Shown: positions 24,770 to 32,000 of the stretch, piece by piece
How the letters are laid out: each line of letters starts with the position of its first letter
Position numbering within the stretch: position 1 is the first letter of the stretch
Assembly (NCBI RefSeq): GCF_001457595.1
Contig: NZ_LN831039.1
Span: 3,540,001 to 3,572,000 of the forward strand
Length of the DNA: 32,000 nucleotides
Direction of reading: 5' to 3'
From: Mycolicibacterium smegmatis
GTDB lineage: Bacteria > Actinomycetota > Actinomycetes > Mycobacteriales > Mycobacteriaceae
Program-made: the position numbers and the translations under genes
Notes under the pieces: model-generated
Seen by the model: only the letters and a program-made list of their open reading frames with translations
Databases searched by the model: none
Told to the model about the DNA's origin: nothing

Positions 24770-25888
24770 ATGAGTCTTTCGGAGGTCTTCGATCGCCGCA
24801 GGAACGCATTGACGTTGTGGCGCCTCTTCCTCGCGATAGGCGTGGTCTTCTGGCATTCTTGGCCGCTGACCGGACGAGAGATTCAGTATGAGCCGGCGGT
24901 GCGGTTGCTCAGCGACATGTTCGCCGATGGATTTTTCGTCATTTCCGGGTTTCTGATCACTGCGGCCTGGATCCGCCGTCCCTACCTCAAGGAGTACTGG
25001 GCATCTCGGAGTCTGCGCATCTTCCCGGGCCTCTGGGTGTGTCTTGCGGTCATCGCCTTCATCGCTGCTCCGATTGCCGCGAAGGCCACAGACACCGCTG
25101 TCTCCCTGTCGTCTGAGATCGCATATGTGCTGAACAACGCGGTGTTGAACATTGCGTATTTCGGTATCGACGGGACCCCTGTTGACGTGCCGTATCCCGG
25201 TGTCTGGAATGGCTCGATCTGGACACTGTTCTTCGTGCTGCTGTGTGACCTCATGGTCTCCGTCCTCGGCTTCATCGGATTGCTCAAGCGCCGGTGGACA
25301 ATTCCAGTCTTGTTCGTTGCGGCGGTCTGCTGGTGCGCCTACGTCTCTTACACACCGCCCGGCTACAGCATGGCGCAGATGCTTGCAAGGTTCGCCGTCG
25401 TCTTCCTCGCCGGCGCGATGTTTTACAAGTACCAGCACAAGATCCCCGCGAATTGGTGGCTGGTCGGGCTGAGCGCCGCGATTGTCGTGGCATCCTCATT
25501 CACCCACAACTATCGCGTCATCGGCGCCCTCCCGTTGGCCTACGCGATCATCGTGTCCGGCGCGCTTGTGAAGCGATCGCGGTTGCAGAACGACCTCTCG
25601 TACGGCGTGTACATCTACGCATTCCCGGTCCAGCAGCTGCTGGCCACCTTCGGTCTGGCGGCCCTCAACCCATTCCTGTTCTTCGGCCTCTCTACCGTGG
25701 CCGTGCTTCCGGTGGCGGCCGGAAGCTGGTTCCTGGTGGAGAAACGTGCGTCCAACCTGAAGGGTCGGATTTTCCGCAAGTCCGCGAAACCGGTCGCACC
25801 CGAGGCTCGTTCCAGAGCGGCCGTTGAGACAGGAAACCTGGAAGCGCCCGCCGAACAGTCCGTCGCCCCCGGCGAGCACGCCACCTGA
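24770..25888 (+). CDS. Acyltransferase family 3 (OafA/YrhL-like integral membrane O-acyltransferase)
   Basis: LWRLFLAIGVVFWHSWPL...DGFFVISGFLIT motif with the conserved His and about 10 TMS. Noticeably more A/T-ending and rare codons (agt, ctt, ata, agg, aga) than neighbouring genes. Confidence 0.85.
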   Translation: MSLSEVFDRRRNALTLWRLFLAIGVVFWHSWPLTGREIQYEPAVRLLSDMFADGFFVISGFLITAAWIRRPYLKEYWASRSLRIFPGLWVCLAVIAFIAAPIAAKATDTAVSLSSEIAYVLNNAVLNIAYFGIDGTPVDVPYPGVWNGSIWTLFFVLLCDLMVSVLGFIGLLKRRWTIPVLFVAAVCWCAYVSYTPPGYSMAQMLARFAVVFLAGAMFYKYQHKIPANWWLVGLSAAIVVASSFTHNYRVIGALPLAYAIIVSGALVKRSRLQNDLSYGVYIYAFPVQQLLATFGLAALNPFLFFGLSTVAVLPVAAGSWFLVEKRASNLKGRIFRKSAKPVAPEARSRAAVETGNLEAPAEQSVAPGEHAT

Positions 25889-25916
25889 GCAGAGCCGCAC
25901 CGCGGACCGGACCTTC

Positions 25917-25938
25917 CGCGACCGGGACACCCGTCGCG
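25917..25938 (+). terminator. Stem-loop about 30 nt downstream of the acyltransferase gene
   Basis: CGCGAC(c)GGG-aca-CCCGTCGCG, 9 bp with one bulge. No U-tract. Confidence 0.3.
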
Positions 25939-26061
25939 CCGATGGCAGCCACCACCCCCCAACCGAGATGGTGCATCGCCAGCGAAGTGAAGGAACGGTC
26001 GCCCCTTGCGATCCAGCGACCGCCCCGCTCTCACGGCCACCCGAACTGAGACAATGCGGGG

Positions 26062-26667
26062 ATGGTCGAGCAGAGTCTCTGGATGCAGAAGGTCGCGGCC
26101 GATCCCGGGCATTCGCAGTGGTACATCGAACGCTTCCGCTCCCTGGCGCGCGCTGGTGAAGACCTCTTCGGCGAGGCCCGTCTTGTGGATGCCATGGCAC
26201 CGCGAAACGCCCACATCCTCGACGCGGGCTGCGGACCCGGTCGGCTGGGCGGATACCTGGCAGGTGTGGGGCATCGTGTGGTGGGTGTCGATGTCGACCC
26301 GGCCCTGATCGCCGCTGCCGAGGAGGACTACCCGGGACCGCGCTGGCTGGTCGGTGATCTCGCCGAACTCGATTTGCCGGTACGCGGGATCACCGAACCT
26401 TTCGACATCATCGTGTCCGCCGGCAATGTGATGACCTTCCTCGCGCCGAGCACCCGGGCCCAGGTGCTGTCCCGACTTCGCGCCCACTTGACCGACAACG
26501 GCCGCGCCGTGATCGGTTTCGGTGCAGGCCGCGACTACGGGTTCGAGGAGTTCCTCGCCGACGCGAAAGGGGCCGAGTTCACCCCGGATCAGCTGCTGTC
26601 CACCTGGGATGTGCGCCCGTTCAGCGAGGACTCCGACTTCCTCGTCGCAATTCTGCGTCGCGCGTAG
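26062..26667 (+). CDS. Class I SAM-dependent methyltransferase
   Basis: ILDAGCGPGRLGGYLAGVGHRVVGVDVD (motif I and post-I) and FDIIVSAGNVMTFL. Confidence 0.8.
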   Translation: MVEQSLWMQKVAADPGHSQWYIERFRSLARAGEDLFGEARLVDAMAPRNAHILDAGCGPGRLGGYLAGVGHRVVGVDVDPALIAAAEEDYPGPRWLVGDLAELDLPVRGITEPFDIIVSAGNVMTFLAPSTRAQVLSRLRAHLTDNGRAVIGFGAGRDYGFEEFLADAKGAEFTPDQLLSTWDVRPFSEDSDFLVAILRRA

Positions 26668-26668
26668 A

Positions 26669-28297
26669 TCACGCGGTCACCGGGCGGGGCACCGATCCCC
26701 GGTGCTCGGCAATGAGTGCCTGCGACGCCAGTTCGCCGATGACGACACACGGCGCCATCGTGTTACCCGTGGTCAGCCGGGGCAAGACCGATCCGTCCGC
26801 CACCCGCAGGCCGTCGAGGCCGTGGACCTTCAGTTGCGCATCGACCACCGACATGGGGCCGCGGCCCATCTTCGCCGTGCCGACCTGGTGCCAGAACGAA
26901 CCACCTGCGTTGCGAAGGAATTCGTCGAGATCCCGGCCGGCGAGGTCACCGGGCATGACCGGGCGACGCACATAAGGCCGAAGCTCCGCGGCGTTGCCAA
27001 ACTCGCGCAAGAATTCGACGCACTGGCGCGACTTGGCAACATCTTCGGGATGTGCCAGGGAATTGGCGTGTACTTCGACCGGATCGTCCGGGTGGCGGCC
27101 GGTCAATGTGACGGTGCCACGACTCTGCGGTCGGGCAACCGTGCCGTACAGAAACCACGCCGAAGCCGGCAGTGGGAACCGCTCGGCGGTTTCGGGTGTG
27201 CCGAAGGGAATACCGGTGAAGCAGGCGTACTGGTCCGGTGCGGCAAGACCCGACTCGCTCGACCAGTAGATGCAGGCCTGCCCGCGGGCGTCAGGGCCCC
27301 ATCCCGGCGGGAACTCCCACTCGACCGGAAACGCCAAGTGGTCTTGCAGATTTCGGCCGACGCCCGGTAGGTGGGCATTGACAGGGATGCCGAAGTAACG
27401 CAGTTGCCTCTCGTCGCCGATACCCGACTGCAGGAGCACCTTCGGGGTGTTGATCGCACCGAGCGACACGATCACCTCGGATCTGGCCGTGATTTCGTGC
27501 ACCTTCCCTCCGATCTTGACCTCGACAGCGGTGGCACGCCGGCCGACCACGACGATCCGTTGCACCACGGCGCCGGTCAACACGGTCAGGTCGACGCGCC
27601 CGAGAACCGGGACGACATACGCGCGGTAGATCGACTGTCGTCGACCGTCTTTGGTCAAGACCTCCAGCATGGCCGCTCCCCCGGGACCCTCCATCATCGC
27701 GCCGTTCGGGCTGTCGTAGGCGGGTAACCCAAGGGACTTCGCCGCCTCTATTGTCGCAACCGCACAGGGCTGGGGGTCGGGTATCGGTTCCACGTGTACC
27801 GGACCTCGGGTGCCACGCCGCACGGGATCCGGTGTGCCTGTCCAGTTCTCGACGCTGCGGTAGATCTCCAGCACGTTGTCGTAACCCCACGCAGGATCCC
27901 CGGCCTCTGCTGCGAAGAAGTTCCAGTCCGCCTTGTGTCCGCGCGCCCAGCACATCACGTTGATACTCGAACCACCGCCGAGCACCTTGCCCATGGACAT
28001 GGGAAGTGCACGATTGTTCAGATGGACGTTCTCCTCTGCGACGAACCCCCAGTCTCGTTCGGTTCCCAGGTTCGCCGGCCACCGCTGCGGATCCATGATG
28101 CTCTCGACGTCGTCGTCGCCTCCGGCCTCGAGCAGCAGGACGGAGGCGCCGAGCCCCTCGGCAAGTCGGCGTGCCACCACCGATCCCGTGGTGCCGGCCC
28201 CGCACACGATGAAGTCGTAGTCGACTCTGTCACCGGCCTCCAGACGGCTCAGAAGATTTCTCGTGCGCGCGAGATCTGATGTGTCAGTTGTCTTCAC
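26669..28297 (-). CDS. GMC family oxidoreductase (choline dehydrogenase-like flavoprotein)
   Basis: YDFIVCGAGTTGSVVARRLAE FAD motif, GGSSINVMCWARG GMC signature, and C-terminal HQVGTAKMG. GTG start. Confidence 0.85.
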   Translation of the reverse strand: MKTTDTSDLARTRNLLSRLEAGDRVDYDFIVCGAGTTGSVVARRLAEGLGASVLLLEAGGDDDVESIMDPQRWPANLGTERDWGFVAEENVHLNNRALPMSMGKVLGGGSSINVMCWARGHKADWNFFAAEAGDPAWGYDNVLEIYRSVENWTGTPDPVRRGTRGPVHVEPIPDPQPCAVATIEAAKSLGLPAYDSPNGAMMEGPGGAAMLEVLTKDGRRQSIYRAYVVPVLGRVDLTVLTGAVVQRIVVVGRRATAVEVKIGGKVHEITARSEVIVSLGAINTPKVLLQSGIGDERQLRYFGIPVNAHLPGVGRNLQDHLAFPVEWEFPPGWGPDARGQACIYWSSESGLAAPDQYACFTGIPFGTPETAERFPLPASAWFLYGTVARPQSRGTVTLTGRHPDDPVEVHANSLAHPEDVAKSRQCVEFLREFGNAAELRPYVRRPVMPGDLAGRDLDEFLRNAGGSFWHQVGTAKMGRGPMSVVDAQLKVHGLDGLRVADGSVLPRLTTGNTMAPCVVIGELASQALIAEHRGSVPRPVTA

Positions 28298-28594
28298 ATC
28301 AAGCCGAGACGAGTCGGCGTGCGGTTTGGTTCAGGCCGTATGGAACGTCTTCCGTGAATTTCGGTTTCCGACAATATATTCCACGTGTGGCGTCAAACTG
28401 AGATCTCCGCGCGTGGCCATGTGACCCCGTCATGACGCATACACGAATTGCATGCCGCGTCTGCGCGTCCGCAGCGGGCGCGGAGAATCAACACCACAAC
28501 CCCGCACGTGTCCCGATCCGACGGGCCGCGAGCAAACTGGCCGATATCTGGGGTAACGGCGTCGGCAGACAGCTGCGGCTGTAGCGTATCGCCG

Positions 28595-29236
28595 GTGAAC
28601 TATCGCGTGTCTTCCTCCGTCGCCATCGCGGCCTGCGCCGCGTCGCTTGCCATGCCCCTCGCCGCTTGCGGCTCCGACTCGGACACCGCTTCGTCAAGCA
28701 CGTCACCGGCCGGTTCGTCGACTGTTGCCGAGCTGGTCACGTCCAGTTCAACCGAGACTGCGGCACCCGCTGCCAGTACGTGCCCGACCGCCGCGCCCCA
28801 GGACGCCGCCGCTCCGGAGTGGACGCTGTCCGGAGCCACCGGCAGTGTCGAGGTCACCGGATCCACCGACGCCGCGGCACCGGTGATCAACGTCAACGGG
28901 CCGTTCAGCGTGACCGAAACCCAGGTCAAGACCCTGCAGCCGGGCGAAGGACCCGTCGTCGCGGACAACGCCACAGTTCTGGTTTGCTACATGGGTGTCA
29001 ACGGCCGCGACGGAACGGTGTTCGACAGCAGCTATGAGCGCGGCGCGCCGGTCGACTTCCCGCTCAACGGGGTGGTGGCCGGATTCCAGAAGGCCATCGC
29101 GGGCCAGACGGTCGGTTCCACGGTCGCCGTGGCGATGACGTCCGAGGACGGATACCCGAACGGTCAGCCGGCCGCAGGCATCGAGCCCGGTGACTCCCTG
29201 ATCTTCGCGATCAAGATTCTCGACGCCGCCAGCTGA
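28595..29236 (+). CDS. FKBP-type peptidyl-prolyl isomerase lipoprotein
   Basis: Signal peptide with lipobox (AASLAMPLAAC), Ser/Thr/Ala-rich linker, and C-terminal FKBP fold (DSSYERGAPVDFPLNGVVAGFQKAIAGQTVGS...LIFAIKILD). Start inferred at GTG 28595. GTG 28607 is also possible. Confidence 0.8.
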   Translation: MNYRVSSSVAIAACAASLAMPLAACGSDSDTASSSTSPAGSSTVAELVTSSSTETAAPAASTCPTAAPQDAAAPEWTLSGATGSVEVTGSTDAAAPVINVNGPFSVTETQVKTLQPGEGPVVADNATVLVCYMGVNGRDGTVFDSSYERGAPVDFPLNGVVAGFQKAIAGQTVGSTVAVAMTSEDGYPNGQPAAGIEPGDSLIFAIKILDAAS

Positions 29237-29251
29237 CGAACCGAACAGCCG

Positions 29252-29287
29252 TGTAGCAGTCTGTTACACTCGTTTCAGACTGCTACA
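29252..29287. promoter_or_regulatory. Perfect 12-bp inverted repeat (12-nt spacer) directly upstream of the antitoxin gene
   Basis: TGTAGCAGTCTG-ttacactcgttt-CAGACTGCTACA. It ends 1 nt before the GGAGG RBS (29289-29293) of the ATG at 29300. It also lies 16 nt after the FKBP stop, so it could double as a terminator hairpin. Confidence 0.5.
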
Positions 29288-29299
29288 TGGAGGCGTGTC

Positions 29300-29692
29300 A
29301 TGACTGAGACCGCAGATCGGGTCACTCGCTTCGCCGCAGACCTGGTGGAGAGCGCCGCGGCCGAAGGCGCACGTCAGAGTAGGTCGGCCAAGCAGCAACT
29401 CGACCATTGGGCACGAGTGGGGCGGGCGGTGTCGAGCCAACACACCGCCGCCCGCCGCCGGGTGGAAGCCGCGCTCGCCGGGGACCTGGCGCTACGCGAT
29501 CTGACTCCTGAGGAAGGCGTCGTGTTCAACGCCGAGATCTCCGCCGCCATCGAAGAGAATCTGGCACACACCGATTACGGCCAGGTCCTCGCCGGGCGCG
29601 GCGTGACCACCGTCGCTCTCGACGACGACGGTGCCATCGTGCGGTACCAACCGGACGGCACCACGACCGTGCTGGCTCCTGCGCAGCGGTGA
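29300..29692 (+). CDS. ParD-like (PF11903-type) putative antitoxin with an extended C-terminal region
   Basis: RSAKQQLDHWARVGRAV matches my recollection of the ParD-like antitoxin core. Small acidic protein 25 nt upstream of a zeta-type kinase gene. Confidence 0.6.
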   Translation: MTETADRVTRFAADLVESAAAEGARQSRSAKQQLDHWARVGRAVSSQHTAARRRVEAALAGDLALRDLTPEEGVVFNAEISAAIEENLAHTDYGQVLAGRGVTTVALDDDGAIVRYQPDGTTTVLAPAQR

Positions 29693-29717
29693 TCGGCACA
29701 GACGGTGACGGGATCCG

Positions 29718-30296
29718 GTGAAACGACTCGATCTCGTCGTTGGGCCCAACGGCGCGGGCAAGAGCACTTTCGTCGAACTCACATTGGCCCCGCTGCTGAC
29801 GGGCAGTGCGTTCGTCAACGCCGACGAGATCGCCAAGCGTCGCTGGCCGCACGCCCCGGCCGAGCACTCCTACGATGCCGCACGCATCGCCTCCGACACC
29901 CGACTCAAGCTGATCGAACTCGGTGAATCGTTCATCGCCGAAACGGTGTTCTCACATCCCTCGAAACTTCAGCTCATCGACACCGCGCAGGCGGCTGGAT
30001 ACACCGTGGTAATGCACGTGGTGATGATCCCCGAGGATCTCGCCGTCCTACGCGTGCAGCACCGGGTACGAGCCGGTGGTCACCATGTGCCCGAGGAGAA
30101 GATCCGCGAACGGCACCAACGACTCTGGCCCCTCGTCGCGCTGGCGGCCGCCCGCGCCGACATCTCGACGTTCTATGACAACAGCGCCGTCAGGGGTCCG
30201 CGCATCGTTGCCCAACTCGCCGGCGGATTTGCTGTGGGCCGGCCCGCCTGGCCAATGTGGGCACCCCAGGTGCTCACCTCGCGGTGGCCCGAATAG
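29718..30296 (+). CDS. Zeta-toxin-like / COG4185-type P-loop kinase (putative toxin)
   Basis: Walker A at the extreme N-terminus (VVGPNGAGKST). About 190 aa with FIAETVFSHPSK and HHVPEEKIRERHQR segments typical of small zeta/AAA_33-like kinases. GTG start. Confidence 0.7.
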   Translation: MKRLDLVVGPNGAGKSTFVELTLAPLLTGSAFVNADEIAKRRWPHAPAEHSYDAARIASDTRLKLIELGESFIAETVFSHPSKLQLIDTAQAAGYTVVMHVVMIPEDLAVLRVQHRVRAGGHHVPEEKIRERHQRLWPLVALAAARADISTFYDNSAVRGPRIVAQLAGGFAVGRPAWPMWAPQVLTSRWPE

Positions 30297-30307
30297 ATTG
30301 TCGCGGT

Positions 30308-31660
30308 TCAGACTTCGACGGCCGCGGCAGGTCGCAGGCGGGCGATGATCCCGTCGAGATCCCGGATGAACATCTCGGGCCGGAAGATGTGCCCCCCGGG
30401 TACCTCATGGGCCTCGTGCGGAATGCCCGCGGCCCTGAGGCGCTCACGGAATTCACGCTGACCGGCGAGCACCTGGGTCTCGTTGACGCTGTCAAACCAG
30501 TTGAGCGGATCCGGACTGGTCCCGGCCACGAGGAACACGCGCTTGTTCCGGTAGCTCTCGATTCGTTCCACCGGATTGTCCGCGCTCACCCGCGCCTGGT
30601 CCCACAGCGGAGCGCCGTAGACGGTACCGCCACCGAGATCCAGCACCGCCGAGGTCAGATTCGCCCAGTGGACCACCAAACCGAAATCGCGCCGCAGGCT
30701 CGCCGGCCCGGAATGGCTGCTCACCGAAGCGAAATGGCCGTAGTACTTGGCGGCGTACTTCAGCGCGCCGAACCCGCCCATCGAGAACCCGGCGACCGCG
30801 CGTCCGTCGTACTCGGCATACGTACGGAAGTTCGCCTCGACCCATGGCAGCAACTGCGCGATGTGGAAGGTCTCCCAGTTTCGCGGCCCGACAAAGGATG
30901 CCACCGGATTGGAGTACCAACCGGCATGCCCGCCGTCCGGCATCACCACGATGATGGGTTTGCCCGCGGTCCAGTTCCTGATGCCGAGGAAGTCGAACGT
31001 GCGGAAGTCCTGGTCCCCACCTCCGTGAAGCAGATACAGCACGGGGTAGGTCTTACCGCTGGTGCGATAGTCGTCCGGCAGCAACACGTTGATGCCGGGG
31101 TTCCAGCCGACCGCCGCGGTCTGGAAGCGGTAGTACCACAGGCGAGGATCGCTCTCGTTGCGGTCGACGATGCGCAGGCCGAAGCCGTCACTTCGCCCGG
31201 CAAATATCAACAGCACCCGGCCGACCTCTATGACGTTGGGGTTCGGTATGCCGTTGACCGCGGCGATCAACGGATAGAACGCCGAATCTCCATAGAACCG
31301 TGTGGCGAGCGCCGACAGCGTGTCCCCGGCGACCACGGGGTATCGCGTGATGTCCGGGATGACCAGTCGCTGTCCGGCCTCGGCATCTGTGGTCGGCGCG
31401 ATACCGCTCGCAGCGGCGATCAGCGGCGCCAGGGCGGCATCGGCGTAGAACCGCGCGGCCACATCCGACAACGTCTCCCCAGGGACCACCGTGTGCCGCA
31501 CGAAGTCGGGAAAGATGAGCCTCTGGCCCACCGCGATGACGCCGGGATCCGGAATGCCGCTGGCTGTCGCGATCAGCGGATACAGATCGGCTTCGCCGTA
31601 GAACCGCAACGCCAAGCCGGACAACGTCTCCCCCGCGGCTACCGTATGCGTCCTGACCAT
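30308..31660 (-). CDS. 3x LysM domain + esterase (Ag85 / esterase-D 'putative esterase' fold) serine hydrolase
   Basis: Three tandem LysM repeats (HTVAAGETLSGLALRFYG..., HTVVPGETLSDVAARFYA..., YPVVAGDTLSALATRFYG...; about 31204-31651). These are followed by YPVLYLLHGGG...VVMPDGG...GFSMGG (GxSxG nucleophile elbow). Start at ATG 31660 with GAGGAGG RBS. Confidence 0.85.
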   Translation of the reverse strand: MVRTHTVAAGETLSGLALRFYGEADLYPLIATASGIPDPGVIAVGQRLIFPDFVRHTVVPGETLSDVAARFYADAALAPLIAAASGIAPTTDAEAGQRLVIPDITRYPVVAGDTLSALATRFYGDSAFYPLIAAVNGIPNPNVIEVGRVLLIFAGRSDGFGLRIVDRNESDPRLWYYRFQTAAVGWNPGINVLLPDDYRTSGKTYPVLYLLHGGGDQDFRTFDFLGIRNWTAGKPIIVVMPDGGHAGWYSNPVASFVGPRNWETFHIAQLLPWVEANFRTYAEYDGRAVAGFSMGGFGALKYAAKYYGHFASVSSHSGPASLRRDFGLVVHWANLTSAVLDLGGGTVYGAPLWDQARVSADNPVERIESYRNKRVFLVAGTSPDPLNWFDSVNETQVLAGQREFRERLRAAGIPHEAHEVPGGHIFRPEMFIRDLDGIIARLRPAAAVEV

Positions 31661-32000
31661 ACGTCCCCTCCTCAGATGTCGAATTGACGACACTGCCGAT
31701 TCGTCTGGCGCCCACGAGTCTAGGCATGGGGGAAGGAGAATCGTCCGCGTTCCAAAGCATTGCCGGACTCGTTGGGCGGTCCTGGCGGGCGCAGGGCGTC
31801 GATCGACCGTGAAACCGACACCGTCCTCCCGATGCCGGGCCGGTGCCGTCGCCTCGGATTCAGCAAACCGCAGCCGGCTGATCGGCAGTTGAGCCCAAAA
31901 AATGCTTTTGGTTTGAACCGCAGCCGAAACGGTAATTCTGTTGGCGTCAATTTATCCAACAACTGGATGACCACAAGTCAGAACGGATTCAGCAATGATT

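Noticed and set aside
31661-31900. Possible cyclic-di-AMP (ydaO-type) riboswitch in the leader of the LysM wall hydrolase, as seen upstream of rpf and LysM genes in actinobacteria.
   Set aside because: I read the minus-strand leader and could not find the conserved ydaO cores (GGGGUGAAUC, CCGA-CCCGACAGCU-ACCUCG). There are only TGAATCC fragments. An Infernal scan would be decisive.

Overview
High-GC (roughly 65-67%) actinobacterial chromosome, most likely Mycobacteriaceae or another Corynebacteriales member. The taxon guess rests on a DUF222/HNH '13E12-type' gene, a mycobacterial-style LCMT-like SAM methyltransferase and an IS6120-like IS256-family element.

All product calls come from reading motifs in the supplied translations. 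No database search was run.

The window holds about 33 genes. About two thirds of it (1-22 kb) is a regulator-dense detoxification, efflux and small-molecule catabolism neighbourhood:
- 3 TetR, plus one each of MerR, MarR, IclR and CGNR zinc-finger regulators.
- These sit beside MFS, FUSC and EamA transporters, an epoxide hydrolase, a quinone oxidoreductase, two SDRs, an MBL-fold hydrolase and a 2-hydroxyacid dehydrogenase.
- Several divergent promoters carry clear palindromic operator candidates.

The accessory-looking part is 22-32 kb:
1. A 1488-bp IS256-family element has 24-bp imperfect terminal inverted repeats and a perfect 9-bp target duplication. It sits inside a SnoaL/NTF2-like gene, and that gene can be rebuilt in frame across the insertion.
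2. Next comes 676 bp with no convincing gene, then a lower-GC3 orphan acyltransferase-3 gene.
3. Next is a two-gene ParD-like antitoxin / zeta-type P-loop kinase module, preceded by a perfect 12-bp inverted repeat.
4. That module converges on a 3xLysM + Ag85/esterase-D-like serine hydrolase with no recognisable signal peptide.

I found no rRNA, tRNA or CRISPR array. I also cannot show a multi-gene system that is demonstrably new. The best candidates for follow-up are the toxin-antitoxin kinase pair together with the signal-less LysM esterase. Many long ORFs in the six-frame track are high-GC shadow frames and were rejected.
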